A DNA stretch of 63,982 nt, filler included, from Hausera hauseri (taxonomy: Eukaryota), in assembly GCA_046269625.1 (NCBI GenBank). It is 10 parts of 10 records of this genome, joined end to end, with 100 filler letters (N's around TTAATTAATTAA, not from the genome) between each part and the next. Parts side by side here need not be neighbours in the genome. Positions count along the whole stretch, not along the records: positions 30,108 to 38,781 come from JBJURY010572116.1; positions 38,882 to 43,896 come from JBJURY010361152.1; positions 43,997 to 48,791 come from JBJURY010434027.1; positions 48,892 to 54,527 come from JBJURY010216188.1; 6 more parts are not named here. One strand, written 5' to 3'. Every line of letters begins with the position of its first letter. Positions within the stretch are counted from its first letter, which is position 1. Shown piece by piece: positions 36,917 through 49,329 of the stretch. The notes beneath the pieces were generated by a model. The model did not search any database and was not told where the DNA came from. It worked only from the letters and a program-made list of their open reading frames with translations. Both the position numbers and the translations under genes were made by a program.

Positions 36917-36940
36917 ACGACGACGACGACGACGACGACG
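36917..36940. repeat. (ACG)n microsatellite
   Basis: acgacgacgacgacgacgacgacg. Confidence 0.9.
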
Positions 36941-37174
36941 TGTAAAACCGAACGGCGGTTTACGATCGAACAAATTACCACGAGCTCATAATTGAGTACT
37001 ACTACTACATACAAGGCCAATGATTGTGATCAAAAGTGCAATAGTGATGGTGGTGGTGGCACCTAAGGCCGTCTGCCTACAAACTAATGAGTACAACCAA
37101 ATGTGTAACAGAGATATTGAAATGATATGGTGAAGCTCACATTAATGAAAATAGTACACAACGCCTGATACACA

Positions 37175-37800
37175 CTAAAACCGAATAGGCACTAAACACT
37201 GTCCTTTGTTACAATTTATTGTTTTTATCTCTATTGTTTCCATCATTCCTTTTTTACCTTTACATAGTTTCTCTTTTGTCATGGGGAGAGGTGATGTAGT
37301 ACCGCAGTCGCGGACACAACTCGTGTACTCACCAAAATTCTGACCCGAGAAACAATTCAATGTATTGTTTCATTCCTTAAACGGTGATCCCGAAACAGCT
37401 GTAGAAATTATTGAAGCATCCGATAGAACGATTGGCATTGCTCCGAGATAGGTTTCTCTATCGTTTTCACAATTTATCCAAGTATCTGTGATTACAAATC
37501 ACCCGTTCCATCAGACATGATTCCCCAAAACATGGTATCGCGATGATTTGCTGTCTTCTTTGGCATTTATTATTTGTGTATCCAATTCGGTACAGTGGAA
37601 TTGACGCGAAGTCAAATTTCCATCCAGTCACAGCCGTACTTACTGTCGAACTACTTGAAGGATCCATTTTATCGAGACTCGATTTAATTTCTGTGGAATA
37701 TCTGAAGCAGGATCCGATGATTGGCGACTGATCAAAGAATTTCGTTGTTCAGAACAGAATCTATCTCCTTTAGCATGTACACTACCTTATAGTTGCTGTG
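37175..37800 (-). pseudogene. Degenerate Cys-rich extracellular protein, thrombospondin type-1-like segments
   Basis: FGEYTSCVRDCG...KLC...TINCNKGQC and CQRRQQII..PCFGESC.MERVICN lie in broken frames. Confidence 0.35.
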
Positions 37801-38781
37801 AAAACTATATCCTTCAAGGAGAATGTCGAATAGACAATTTGGAAAACGCAGAGCGGATATGCGTAATTGTTTGCGCGTCAGTAATGTTGAAATTTATTAG
37901 ATCAGTGACCATATATTGTGTCTTTTTATATCATGTTTCTCATTGTTAAAGTTATTGACATTGTTCTTGCTCGATTTATTTATAAACAAGAATACAAAGA
38001 ACTATAATGAACTGTATACTGAAATTGTTGAAATGTGCGGTTTACTTGAAAGCAACGTAATCATTATATGTATGATATAAAACCGTATGGTTCACAATTG
38101 ATAGTGTCTGGGAAACATGTATTGATTACAATTGATAATTTGTTTTTTGAAGTTGCAGTTGCTTAGAAAATAAAAGTTTCTATTGTCTGATTTTTTGCGT
38201 TACTCTATGAAATGTCGGAATTATCATAGGAATTAAAGTATGTCTCAATGATATAATCGAAACTGGACCGAAATTACAAAATGATCTGGTCACACTGAAC
38301 AAAACCTCTCGATTTCAGTCAGGTGGAAGCAGAAAACAGGAGGAAAGCTTCTTCCACTATATCTACGATCCACCCACTATGGAATGTTGACCTTCATGTC
38401 AGTATACTGGACCTTCAGTTACTAACTTACACTGCATGCACGGCAACCCCACAAGATTGTTAAATTTGCATTTATTAATCCCAGCATTCATTAAAGCCAC
38501 AGGATTTTCATCTCCACCAACTAGATGCCTGGCATTTATCTCAAGGACCACTAAGTCAATGAGATTACACGAAGGTTGGGTTGCCCTGACTGCCAACCTA
38601 GAAATGTCAGCCCTTACTCCCCCCATTCTGATTTAAAGGCTTGTGTTAGGCAAGCGACTAATAAGTCAAATGTGAAACAAGTAAGTTAAAGATGCGACAG
38701 TGGATAACTTACAGGCAATAACAAGTAGAAATTATGTGTCTTATAAATCTCAAAAACCGTTTCATTGCTAATCCTAAACCT

Positions 38782-38881
38782 NNNNNNNNNNNNNNNNNNN
38801 NNNNNNNNNNNNNNNNNNNNNNNNNTTAATTAATTAANNNNNNNNNNNNNNNNNNNNNNNNNNNNNNNNNNNNNNNNNNNN
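38782..38881. other. Artificial contig linker
   Basis: N44-TTAATTAATTAA-N44. Confidence 0.98.
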
Positions 38882-39192
38882 TTCAACTCTCACGATGTAA
38901 AAAGTAAAATAAAATTATACTAACACACAACAATGTGTAGTAAGTAAATTTATTATAAAATTAACTCCATAAAAATAACAATATAACTCTGTAGAGTGTA
39001 AATGAACTACAGTGTTAAATAATTCTACTCGATTCATTGTTGATTTTGACACTAAAATGAGTAAAATTAACTCTGAGAAATTGACACTGGTTATAGAGTA
39101 CATTTTACACTAATTTTGAGTGGGACCAAATATTATATGAAACAGAGTTAAATTCAACTCTGTAGGTGTTAAAATTACACTTTGTTTTTTAC

Positions 39193-39375
39193 TGCATGCT
39201 TTTCCCCAGACTTGGATGCAGTAAGTCAAATTCAGGTAAAATAATGGCGTTATATAATAGGAGCAAAGCTTTATTGTTAAATACTTCCTTAGCCTTATAT
39301 AAAACTGCAATTGATTTTGCAATTTTGGTTTTTATGTAATTTATATGGGATTTCCAATTGAGATTTTCATCAATA
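39193..39375 (-). mobile_element. CR1/L2-group LINE ORF2 C-terminal fragment
   Basis: IDENLNWKSHINYIK/KIAKSIAVLYKAKEVFNNKALLLLYNAIILP/LTYCIQVWGKAC with frameshifts. Confidence 0.8.
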
Positions 39376-42300
39376 AAAAAAGTCTGATGATCATCAGCAA
39401 AATATTTAAATTGTAAGTTAAATGTTTAATTTGGAACTGTGACATTTATAAGAGTATGAATAACAGAGTGAAAATCTGACTTTGAAAAATAAACACCTAT
39501 TATTTTTCCCTAATGAAAGGTTAAATAAGTCAAAATAATGCTGATATTTTTTGACTGTGTAACTTTACACAGTACTCACTCAAAGCCTTCAGTGGAAATG
39601 TGCATTTGAAGAACACAAGGGTGGAAGTGTGAGTTTTGACCTTTAAGGCTTCTCTACAGCCACAAATTGCTGATAGTTTCATGCTTGTATTTGAACTTTA
39701 TTTGAAAAGCGGGGTCAGCAGCATTCTGCCACCATCTTTTATTTGACAAGTAAACACAGCAGCTGTCAATTTGTTGCAAACAGTTTGTGGTTAAAATAAT
39801 CTGTGATTTACAAGACTTGACAGTTGAAGTTCTAAAAGACTAATAGTTGAGTTAAAAGAAAACATGATCCACTTGACTTTACTGTTTAAGATCAATGATA
39901 AAAAGTCTTTATGTGGCCTAAAATGTTTCATGTTCAAGTGTTTGTTTACACTTGCTCCAGTTCTTGACTGTGTGTGAAAACTTTAACAGACTTTACCTTT
40001 TTTTCTGGTTATTCTTCAGGATGGTTCTTTAAGTTCTTCATGGTTTGAAGTGGTTTCAAAGCTTTGAGAGCTGCTGCTTCAGTCATACCAACACTTATTG
40101 ACACTGTGGAAACACCAAAGTAAACAACATGAAAATCCTTGTGGGGAAACAAAGTGGAGTTAACATGAAATATAAAGACTTACTGTTCCTTGGAGGGAAC
40201 TTGGACTGAGCCACTGTTTTTCAAAGGGGGGTCCACCAAGGGCTATTGTGGGGGGCTCAGAATGCTGGAGGGAAGATCAGAAAAAATATAAAGAAATCAT
40301 GATAATTATTCATTACCATAAAATATGTTTGTGAATCATTATTTTAAAATATATGGAAATATTTCTTCATCTCCTTCATTTTCACATTAAATTAGAGAGG
40401 AGAAAGAAGAAGACAGAATTGGTTGGTTGGTGTGTCCCTAACTTATCTGGCAGCTCCGTCACAAATAATTTGATTTAATAGTTCAGAAAACATCAGAGAA
40501 AATAGAGAAAACTGAACGAGTTGAAAAATATGAGTCCAACAGAATGTAAAGATCTCTATATGCAGCAGCAGGAGAAACTAAATGAAACTTTTCTGCACTC
40601 CTGCAGACTTCAGGTTCACAGCAAAATGCTTTTAACAGCTAAAAAAGTGCATTTTACATTTGTTCACTTTAAGACAGGTTTGATTTGTTTGTTCTGTTCA
40701 TATAGTCAAAGTTAGTTTTTCAGTGAGAAAATATTACAGTTTAAAACATGTTGATCAAATTATTTATAAACAAATGTATTAATTATTGATTAGTGAATAA
40801 AAGAGATAAAACATTTTAAAAGTTGATGCTATTTACATCATGTGAAACATTATTTGTGGGTTTGATAGGAGGCTCCCTGCCAGAGGCTAATGCTGTTTGG
40901 GGAGACCACTTCAATTGTTTGCAATTTCTGTTTAAACCAGGTGTTTTCCAGAGTCTGAAAAATAATGTCCTTTGCTCTAAATATTTATCTTGCTTTTTGG
41001 TGCAGTGATAAGGTTGTAGCTGAGCAGGAAGCACATTGTCACATTGTTTTGGTCTGTAATGAGTTTAGTCATTAAAAACTGCCACATGCTAAATTACTGT
41101 GAAGTGAAACCATGAATCTTGTTTTTAAACTTTATTAAATAAATAAAAGAAATGAAACACAAAGCTAATGCTCCCACCTGTTACCTAAAAGAAATTGTAA
41201 CACTGTTAGTTTGATCCTCGTTATTGTTTATTGTTGTATGGTTGTTTTTAAACAAGTTGTGAAAGTGCAATTCTTTCTTTTGCCACTGGGCGGCAGTGTA
41301 TTATAAAAATCTCCTTAGTTAATGCCCTTTTTTTGGAAACCTTTTTGGTGTCAGAAACTGCTGGAAAAACGGGAGGTAAAGTTAATATAAGCTCTATATA
41401 TATGTTGATTTAGGAACCAATATAATCAAGAAAATAACTTATAACTGCTTTTAGATGAACCAGATGGATCTTGAGATCTGTGAATGTTGTGGAACTCGAG
41501 TTTTTAGATGTAAAGTTGTCTTGATGAGTTACATTTGCCATTTTCTGATTTGCACATGTTTAGTCACTGGAAAAAAAAGTGAATTGCTAAATACGTTTTT
41601 GTTACTATAAACCAGTCAGGATAATTTGAAAGATACCTGTGAAAGTTATTCATAGTGTGAAATTGTATTATTTTGTTTTAATGGAAGATCTTTGCATACT
41701 GTTAGCTTAGCACAGACCACATGTCTATCATTTGGAGCACAAAGAAAAATGTGTTATGTGAGAAGCTTTGTTTTGTTTAATATATTTTAAATGTTTTAAA
41801 ATTCTATTGCACTATACAAAGCATTCAATTTTGAGTATATGAAAAATGTGAATTTGTGTATTATGATGCCGACCGCATGGAGGCAGACGGCGCTGTGGTC
41901 AACAGGGCAGGAGTAGAGTAAAAGAGCAGCAGCGCCATCTACTGGACGAAGGCAAAACTACACTTAAATAAGTTGTTTTCAATTAATTGAATGGAAGAAA
42001 TTTTAATCTAATAAACCATTAATCGAAAATTAATCATAAGTCGATTAATTGTTTGCATCCATATTTTGAATGCAATTAGTTTGATTTTGGAAAAATAATA
42101 TCCTTTTTATTTTTAGCTGGTTTCTTGTGTATCATTGGGGTGGAACTATGTCATAAAAGGTTTAATTACATCTATACTTCTCCTCAGAACCAAGACTTAG
42201 ATAACCCTCTCCTTTAATTAAAAGAAAAGGGTAGTACATAGTGAAGGTTACAAAACCCTTAAAATTTGTTTAAATACTGTGTGAATTTGAAGCTACAAAG

Positions 42301-42550
42301 TTGAGATTTTCACAGCTACTTTGATTTTCTGCACAGTTTTTGTAGTGAATAACCTCTTTGTTTGATCTGCTTGCAGTAAAAGTTTGAACTTGTGCATCTT
42401 GAACACAACGCAGAGCCTGACTGCAGAAAATGAAATGTGATCTGAGTGGCATTCTGTCAAAACCTCTTCCCTGAGAGGAGTTTGGACTTGTCAAGGTTTG
42501 TAATTCCTCGTCTGATTCTTGGACTTTTTCTTTTCTTTGTTTCCTTCCAG

Positions 42551-43865
42551 ATGATCAGAGGCAGGAAGTGAACCTGCAGCTTCCTGCCAGTGTTTCTATG
42601 ACCTCACTCCCAGCAGCCAATAGCAGATCAGCATTTATGCACAGATGCAAGAAGTGGAGGGAGCGTGTGTGTCCGTTACTGACATGATACGTATGTATGA
42701 ACACATGCTTTTATCCTCTGAACAAAACCATGAAGAATCATTCTTTTACACCCAGTTAATGATCAGGCTTTTTAATTTGCTTTATGATTTTTACCAGTTT
42801 AAACATTTGTGTTTTAAAGGTCACCCCGACTACTTGTAACATTAGACATGATTTGATAAACATCCGCTTCAACTGTAGGACAAAGACTGTAAAAATATAA
42901 TAATATATTTTGTCACATGGACATAAGTGAGGATCAGGCTTTTAATGAAACCAGAGGCCTTTACCTGGAGAAGGTAGAAATGACTCAGCCTGCAGCTGAA
43001 AATGTGGATGGAGGACAACAGAGCTGCTTGATGGAAGAAGAACTCAGCTTAGCCTGTTAGCTTTAGCGTTAGCACCCTAGCTAATGCATATATCAGGCAA
43101 TACAGCATTAGTGCCAAGCTAATGCATATATAGTGTTAGCAGCCAAACTAGCTGATCCTTGGATAAGATGGGTGGAAAAGATGAGCTTCTCATCAACCTC
43201 CACAAAGGTCTGAAAATCAGCCACCATCCTTTTAGCTCTGCTGTGAGCTCTACCTAATGTCCACTTCAAACTAGTCAGTGTTGGTTCAAGGCTATTGTTC
43301 AGTGTTTTTCACTCAAATAAGATGAGAACATTGAAGGTGTGTTGTGACCCTGTAACACCTGACACTCTCACTTATTCTAAACAATCTGTTTTGGCCAGAA
43401 TCAGAATTGGCAGCTCAGACATTTTAAAGATCGGTGATCAGCAAGAGCAGAACTTCAGCTCTACTGTTGGCTTCTGCTCTGGTTTTGGTTCTGCTCTCTG
43501 CCTATTTATTTATTTATTGAATTATTTACTTTTGTAAAATGACTCAGGATATTTTGGGGTTTAAAATACATTGTAATTCTTTTACTGTGATTTACTCAAC
43601 TTGCCAGTAATTATTTCTCTGATGCTTTGTCCTCCACTCACTTTCATTCTGGATCAAATTACTTTCTGAAGGCAGAAACAAAAGGAGGTCCTGAACACAG
43701 TTTTTTCTACCTTTCTGTCTGTCCAGTGTCAAGGAGGCTGAAGCTGACCTGGTGTTCCTGCTTGATGGCTCCTGGTCCATCGGAGACGACAATTTCATGA
43801 AGATCACCTGTTTCCTCTACAGCACCATGGGGTCCTTGGATCTGATTGGACCAGATGGCACACAG
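42551..43865 (+). pseudogene. col14a1: Collagen XIV-like exons (last FN3 exon 42551-42690; second vWA exon 43727-43865), disrupted; teleost-like
   Basis: CFYDLTPSSQ*QISIYAQMQEVEG.CVSV and [41 protein letters not shown], each flanked by AG/GT. In-frame TAG at 42621; exon lengths 140 and 139 nt do not fit the expected phases. Confidence 0.82.
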
Positions 43866-43896
43866 GTCAGTCATGGTCCCGCCCACACTTGTCACT

Positions 43897-43996
43897 NNNN
43901 NNNNNNNNNNNNNNNNNNNNNNNNNNNNNNNNNNNNNNNNTTAATTAATTAANNNNNNNNNNNNNNNNNNNNNNNNNNNNNNNNNNNNNNNNNNNN
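43897..43996. other. Artificial contig linker
   Basis: N44-TTAATTAATTAA-N44. Confidence 0.98.
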
Positions 43997-44689
43997 AAAC
44001 AAAACAACAACAAAAATATAACAAGACTTATGGAAGCATATAGTAAGCTAACGTGTACTCACGTATAATGTTATTATCTGTACCCTGAAAAAAATATTCA
44101 ACAGGATCAACTTTGAGGTAGAAAAAACGATGTCGACAGACAACTCGAGGAATAACAGGCCTGATCTCAGATAAACGTGATCGTTTACCGATCAGATAAC
44201 CACGTTTCGTGTTACTGTGAAATCTTCCCCATACCTTATGCTTGGAGTGTTAAGAATAGGATTTCCGACATAAAATTGCAAGCTTTTTTTGTATCTATGA
44301 ATCTTGTAAATAAGTTAAAAACCAGATCGAGACGAATGTCAGTAAGGATAATCTCTGGTATCAACTTAAGAAAACTTCTAAGCTAGGAAAATCTGCCCAG
44401 CGTCTAACGCATCCAGCCAGGAAGTATCTGGAGTTTGTTGTAAGAAGCAAAAGATTTCACAACGTGCTCAGCCTGGCGGTGAAGTTGTGGCACGTTACTG
44501 GTTATCTTCAATGGGAGGTGTTGATGTTTCTTTCCTGTAACATTCACTAATGCCTATTTCGCCTTTTTGAAACATAATGCGTATAAACCAAGTCGGAATG
44601 CTGATCAGAGTCACGATTGTTATTATATATTACAATGTGAGGATTTTTGAAATTAGCTGCCAATAATTCCAGAGGAACTGATTCTTTGA

Positions 44690-46540
44690 TATTTTTAACA
44701 AATTGATCCGAATATGAGTGGAAAGTATTTCTCAACAAATCTTTAAAATTCTTTTCATTTTCCGGAGTCAATGACGGTAAAACCATTTCAACCAAAGCCT
44801 CAGTTACAAGACCATGTTCATGTTTCGCTGATGGAGATAACAAAACTGGTGTCTCTAATACTTTTTGCTTCATAAAACCAGCTGGAGATTTTGGTTTCTT
44901 ATCGGAAGCCGGCCAAAAATTCCGTCAGTGATAGATTGGGTGTTCCTTGTCCCAAATCGGATGATGTTTTTCCTTTTATTGCAGCTGACTTTTTCCACGC
45001 CGAAGCTCGACTAAGAGCAGCGACAAAAGATCGAATATTTAAAATTTTCGATGCATTAGTCATGAGACTGCTGCCATCTTTTATCAGTGTGTAAAGTCGA
45101 GTAGCAAGTGTTCGATTTGACCGGTAATTGAAGTGAACACAGGACCATTTTAGGACTTGCAATAAATCTGGCTGTATGACATTAATTAATCTAAAAGACT
45201 CTAAAATTTCCGGTAGGATTTTTTTAGTAACATCAAATGATTCTCGTGATGTTAAAAATATAGTCAACCCAGAACCAACCGATATTTCGTATTTTTCCGT
45301 TGTTGTAAGGGTTTCTGATTTCTTATAATGGCCTGTTGAACTTGATTCATAATAGACATCACAATACAAAATTGTGACTGGTCGATTTCGGTAAAATTGT
45401 CCAGTACACCCCAGCATCCATCACGTTCTACACCAACCATGAAGTTAATCAGTGTTTCCGGTGACGTATTAATTTCATATTGTTTTGTGGACAAAAACCG
45501 ATTTAACATTCTAGCAACCTCTTGAATAATAACCGTTTTACCCGATTGAGCTGCTCCGCATAGAATTCCATGTTTATGTTGTTCTAGACAAGCAAGTAAA
45601 TTGAATACACTTTTTTCAGTAGTCGGTGTCCATGCTATAGTTGGCAAACTTCCTTGGAATTCATAATCGAGATTGTAAGTATTAGTCAATGCTGATAGTT
45701 GGAATTTTCGCTTATCAGTATTATCATTTTCAACTTTCATTTTCACAATTTTTTTGACATTCAAAATCATCTGTATCTCGAGTCTTCTTTCCCGACAAAT
45801 TGACCAATGAATCTCGCAAGTATAAGGCGCCCAATGTTAAAGAACGAAGTCTAATCCGATGAAGCGCACCGACAGGTTCCTTTGGCGATTTCCAAGTCGA
45901 GCGATTGAGAGTAATTGGTAATAGACTAACCTGACTATTAAACTTTTTTTGTTAAACTGAACAATATTTTTCTATCTGTTTTCAGCTCCGACAAAGCCAT
46001 CTGAACTTCTGTTGTCCAATAGAGATGTAACGCAGAATGACAAATCTGCGATGAAAATTTCCAAACTAGTTCTTCAAGACTCTCACCAAAGGAAATGAAA
46101 TTTATTGCCTCATTGGAAAGTTCCAAAAGGGACTCTCTCACATCTTTCATCAAACTATTCAACCAAACAATGGTATCATCCGTTATATTTATTTTGTTCA
46201 TCAAATGCATTTCTTCAATACTTGAACTGAATACTTTTGCTATTAGTCTCATCATACTCTGCAGTTTGACCTCGAATTGCAATTTTCACAATTCACCTAT
46301 CATCTCCATGTACCATTGCAAGTGGAAGGATAATTCCAAAGCCTTTTTGACATTCGAATAATTTTTGATTATGAAATGTTCCATTTGAAAAGCCATGTCT
46401 TTGTACTTTCAATTCGATATCAAACAAACGTTGATTATTAATACCCAATCCTTTCCAACACACAATGCCATAGAAAGATAGAGCATTTGTAATGACACAT
46501 TTGACATTTGTATTGTGCCAAATCGACAATATGCCTTGAA
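44690..46540 (-). pseudogene. Divergent dynein heavy chain fragment (linker to AAA1 and lid) with several frameshifts
   Basis: WLNSL..VRESL..SQI....LYWT; YNLDYEFQGSLPTIAWTPTTEK..GILCGAAQSGKT..GCWGVLDNF; LPEILESFRLINVIQPD; LNIRSF; EALVEMVLPSL..NFKDLLRNTF. Confidence 0.82.
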
Positions 46541-46839
46541 TTCATGTCGAACTTTGCCTATCGCCACAAGTTTCGGCGGCACCCTCCAACACAAAACAGC
46601 ACTTTGCGAGAAAACTTTTTATATGATTTCCCCATAGAACTGCTGTTTTCTAAAAATCACATTCTGAGTTGAAAAATATTAAAGTCAAGCTGTCATTCTT
46701 CCCATTTTTTAAAATGTGATTTGTTGGAGTTTTCGAGGCAAGAGATCGGGGCTTGCTTATGGGCCCGACTCGGCGGCAACGGACGCCCGGATGTGTCCAA
46801 CCAAATGGGCCAGAGGGCGCCGGCCGCTGTGGGCACCAC

Positions 46840-47274
46840 AAGCCATAATAGAATTCATGGTTATTCTTCTATCATTCATCACCAGATCTTCCACTTTTCT
46901 AAGCATGTCATGGTCAACTGCCGAACATGGTTTATTTTCTCTTGGCTCGTCCTCTAGGCTTGTGCATCCATGTTTGAGATGTCTCTTCCGTGTTTTTATA
47001 GTGCTAAACGATGGACAATTATCACTATATTTCATCATAAATCTCAGAGGCTTTCAGCCCCTGTAAATGGGAAAACTTGATCACAGCTCTGTATTCACTT
47101 TTTGGAATGCATTCACTTTTACTCATTTTGAATCTGATGTCTCCTAAATTCTTTCACCTAGAGAAACAAAATTTACAAATTAAACTCATAAGACATGGGC
47201 ACATTATATAAAATTTTGGTTGATTTATCTTAACTATTTCTATATGAGAGCAAAAACTTATTGAACGATCCTCG
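46840..47274 (-). mobile_element. mariner transposon 5' fragment (irritans/Himar1-like)
   Basis: TA|CGAGGATCGTTCAATAAGTTTTTGC TIR at 47274; EYRAVIKF..LQGLKASEI..PSFSTIK..GCTSLEDEPR..KVEDLVMNDRRIT (N-terminal HTH region). Confidence 0.88.
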
Positions 47275-47914
47275 TACTTCAAGAGAGATGCTGAACCGAC
47301 CTACATGGGACTCTGTCTATTAAGCCAATTCACGGAAGATAATAACGCCTACGAAGCTCAGCATAAGAGGACACAACGGACCTCCGGTAAGAACTGATGG
47401 TACAGAGACCAGCACGGGTAGATAAAATTCCAACTGATCATGTGAATAGCCATAGACATGTATGTGTACGTAATTTTATGATTCTATAAATGTTTGTCTT
47501 CTATATAATTAAATGAACGTAATTTTGTGATACGATAAACATACTTGTCTTCAACCTAATTAAGTGAAACTTACACCGCACCACCAATGTAATTATTTGT
47601 AATATTAATAAATTTTAGTATATGAAAATTAATAATCTATTAAATCCTATGATGATGAATTCTGTTGTTGAATGTAAAGTGACGACGAGGTCCGATATTC
47701 GAGATGAATGAAGATTTACTTACAAATTTGTAGTATAGCATGAGGTTGACACCGGCGTTGCGATGCAAACTGAGTCATCATTCCTGAAAGGTACCCGAAG
47801 AGCAGGCGCAGATATCCTCGGCGATGTCGGCTCACTCACTGAACTCAAGAAACATCAGATAAATGGCAATGTATGTGGAAACTCGGTGGAATATTGTTAA
47901 TAAATAGAACAACA

Positions 47915-48410
47915 AACACATTAAACAACAGGATTGTGCGACGTTGCACACTGCAAGGCAATTAATTGCAGCTGCGCGAAAACTTTTCGGTAACCGTGTC
48001 ATCTCAAGATTCAGTGATATACCGTTGCCCTCAGGATCACCGGCTTTGTCCGTTGGTAATTTTTTCTTAAGATTCGAGTCTACACGACTCAGCCGAGGAC
48101 ACTGGATGATTTGAAGCAAAGAATTCAAAGCGAAATTCGTAGTGTCCTAGCTAAGATGTTGTAGCGATCAATAGAGAACCTCAAGAGCAGATTGGAACAA
48201 TGCGTAAGTAGAGTAGGACGTTATCTACAAGATGTAATATTCAGTCATTGATAACTTGGATTACTGCTACTTATGTTAGGATTCCTTAATTAAATTTAAA
48301 CTTCAAATGTCAATACAAATTTTTTAAATTCAAAATTCGAATTCGAAATATCAATCCATTAGTTTTAAGTAGAAGAAAAATGCGGGTTTTCCCTCGCCTC
48401 CCCCTGGAGG
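47915..48410 (+). mobile_element. Tc1/mariner superfamily DD41D (rosa-like) transposase 3' fragment
   Basis: QQDCATLHTAR...LFGNRVISRFSDIPLPSGSPALS..FFL KIRVY..PRTLDDLKQRI...RLEQC...GRYLQDVIF. Confidence 0.82.
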
Positions 48411-48519
48411 ATCGCACAGTGAAAAATCAATAGTGCACATGTCCTAATCGATAATGCTGCCAAAGCACTATCGATCGGTAACGTGCTAGGCGACTGTGCC
48501 GTTATAAAACGTTGCTATG

Positions 48520-48791
48520 TACATTTTTGCACATTTCACCAATCGATCGTTGCATATTGCACAATTTATCGAATCGATCGTGACAAAGTGCTAATCGATA
48601 TTCCACATTAGTGCTCATCGATCTGCTCACTGTGCAGGTGCACTACGCATGTGCAACTGTGCAAAAATCAATAATATCGGTTTTCAGATATTTTCAATAT
48701 TCATAATTAGCACATGTGTCAGGGTGAAATTGAGTGTAAAATTGATTATCTATGTGAATGTGCAATTAAAATTTAAATCGATCGAGTCGAT
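48520..48791. repeat. Interspersed repeat rich in ATCGAT/TGCA palindromes; copy 1
   Basis: Collinear with 53990-54235 (shared blocks atcgaatcgatcg.gacaaagtgctaatc, tgtgcaaaaatcaataatat, ctatgtgaatgtgca, aatttaaatcgat). Confidence 0.85.
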
Positions 48792-48891
48792 NNNNNNNNN
48801 NNNNNNNNNNNNNNNNNNNNNNNNNNNNNNNNNNNTTAATTAATTAANNNNNNNNNNNNNNNNNNNNNNNNNNNNNNNNNNNNNNNNNNNN
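48792..48891. other. Artificial contig linker
   Basis: N44-TTAATTAATTAA-N44. Confidence 0.98.
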
Positions 48892-49329
48892 TAAAAGTAG
48901 CTTGAGTTTATGAGTGAAAAGTCATTTCACATAGTGCACTCACGTATAGTGCAGTGGCTAGTGAATATTGTTCGCTATGCCTCCAACCCATCTATCGTTT
49001 TAACAGAAGATGGGGGGACTATGTATGTTGACGAAGTAACTTGTTTGAACTTTCTCAGACTTAATTCCACGGTAGAGCATAAATCATGGTTGATGTCATG
49101 ACAAGACTTTTCACATAATTTAAATTTTTTTCTGAAAAATTAGTTTCAATTCTTTGTTTAAATTTTTTCTGTTAAAAGTTGTAATTTATTTTTAGTAACA
49201 AATTTTCCGAAAGTTAGTATAAACAGTGTCTAAAGTCATTATTTTTATTGAAAAACAACCAAATTGAAACTGCTATTTAAAAATGGTAACTTTTATTTCT
49301 CACTTGGTTGTCATTGATTATTTTAGAAT

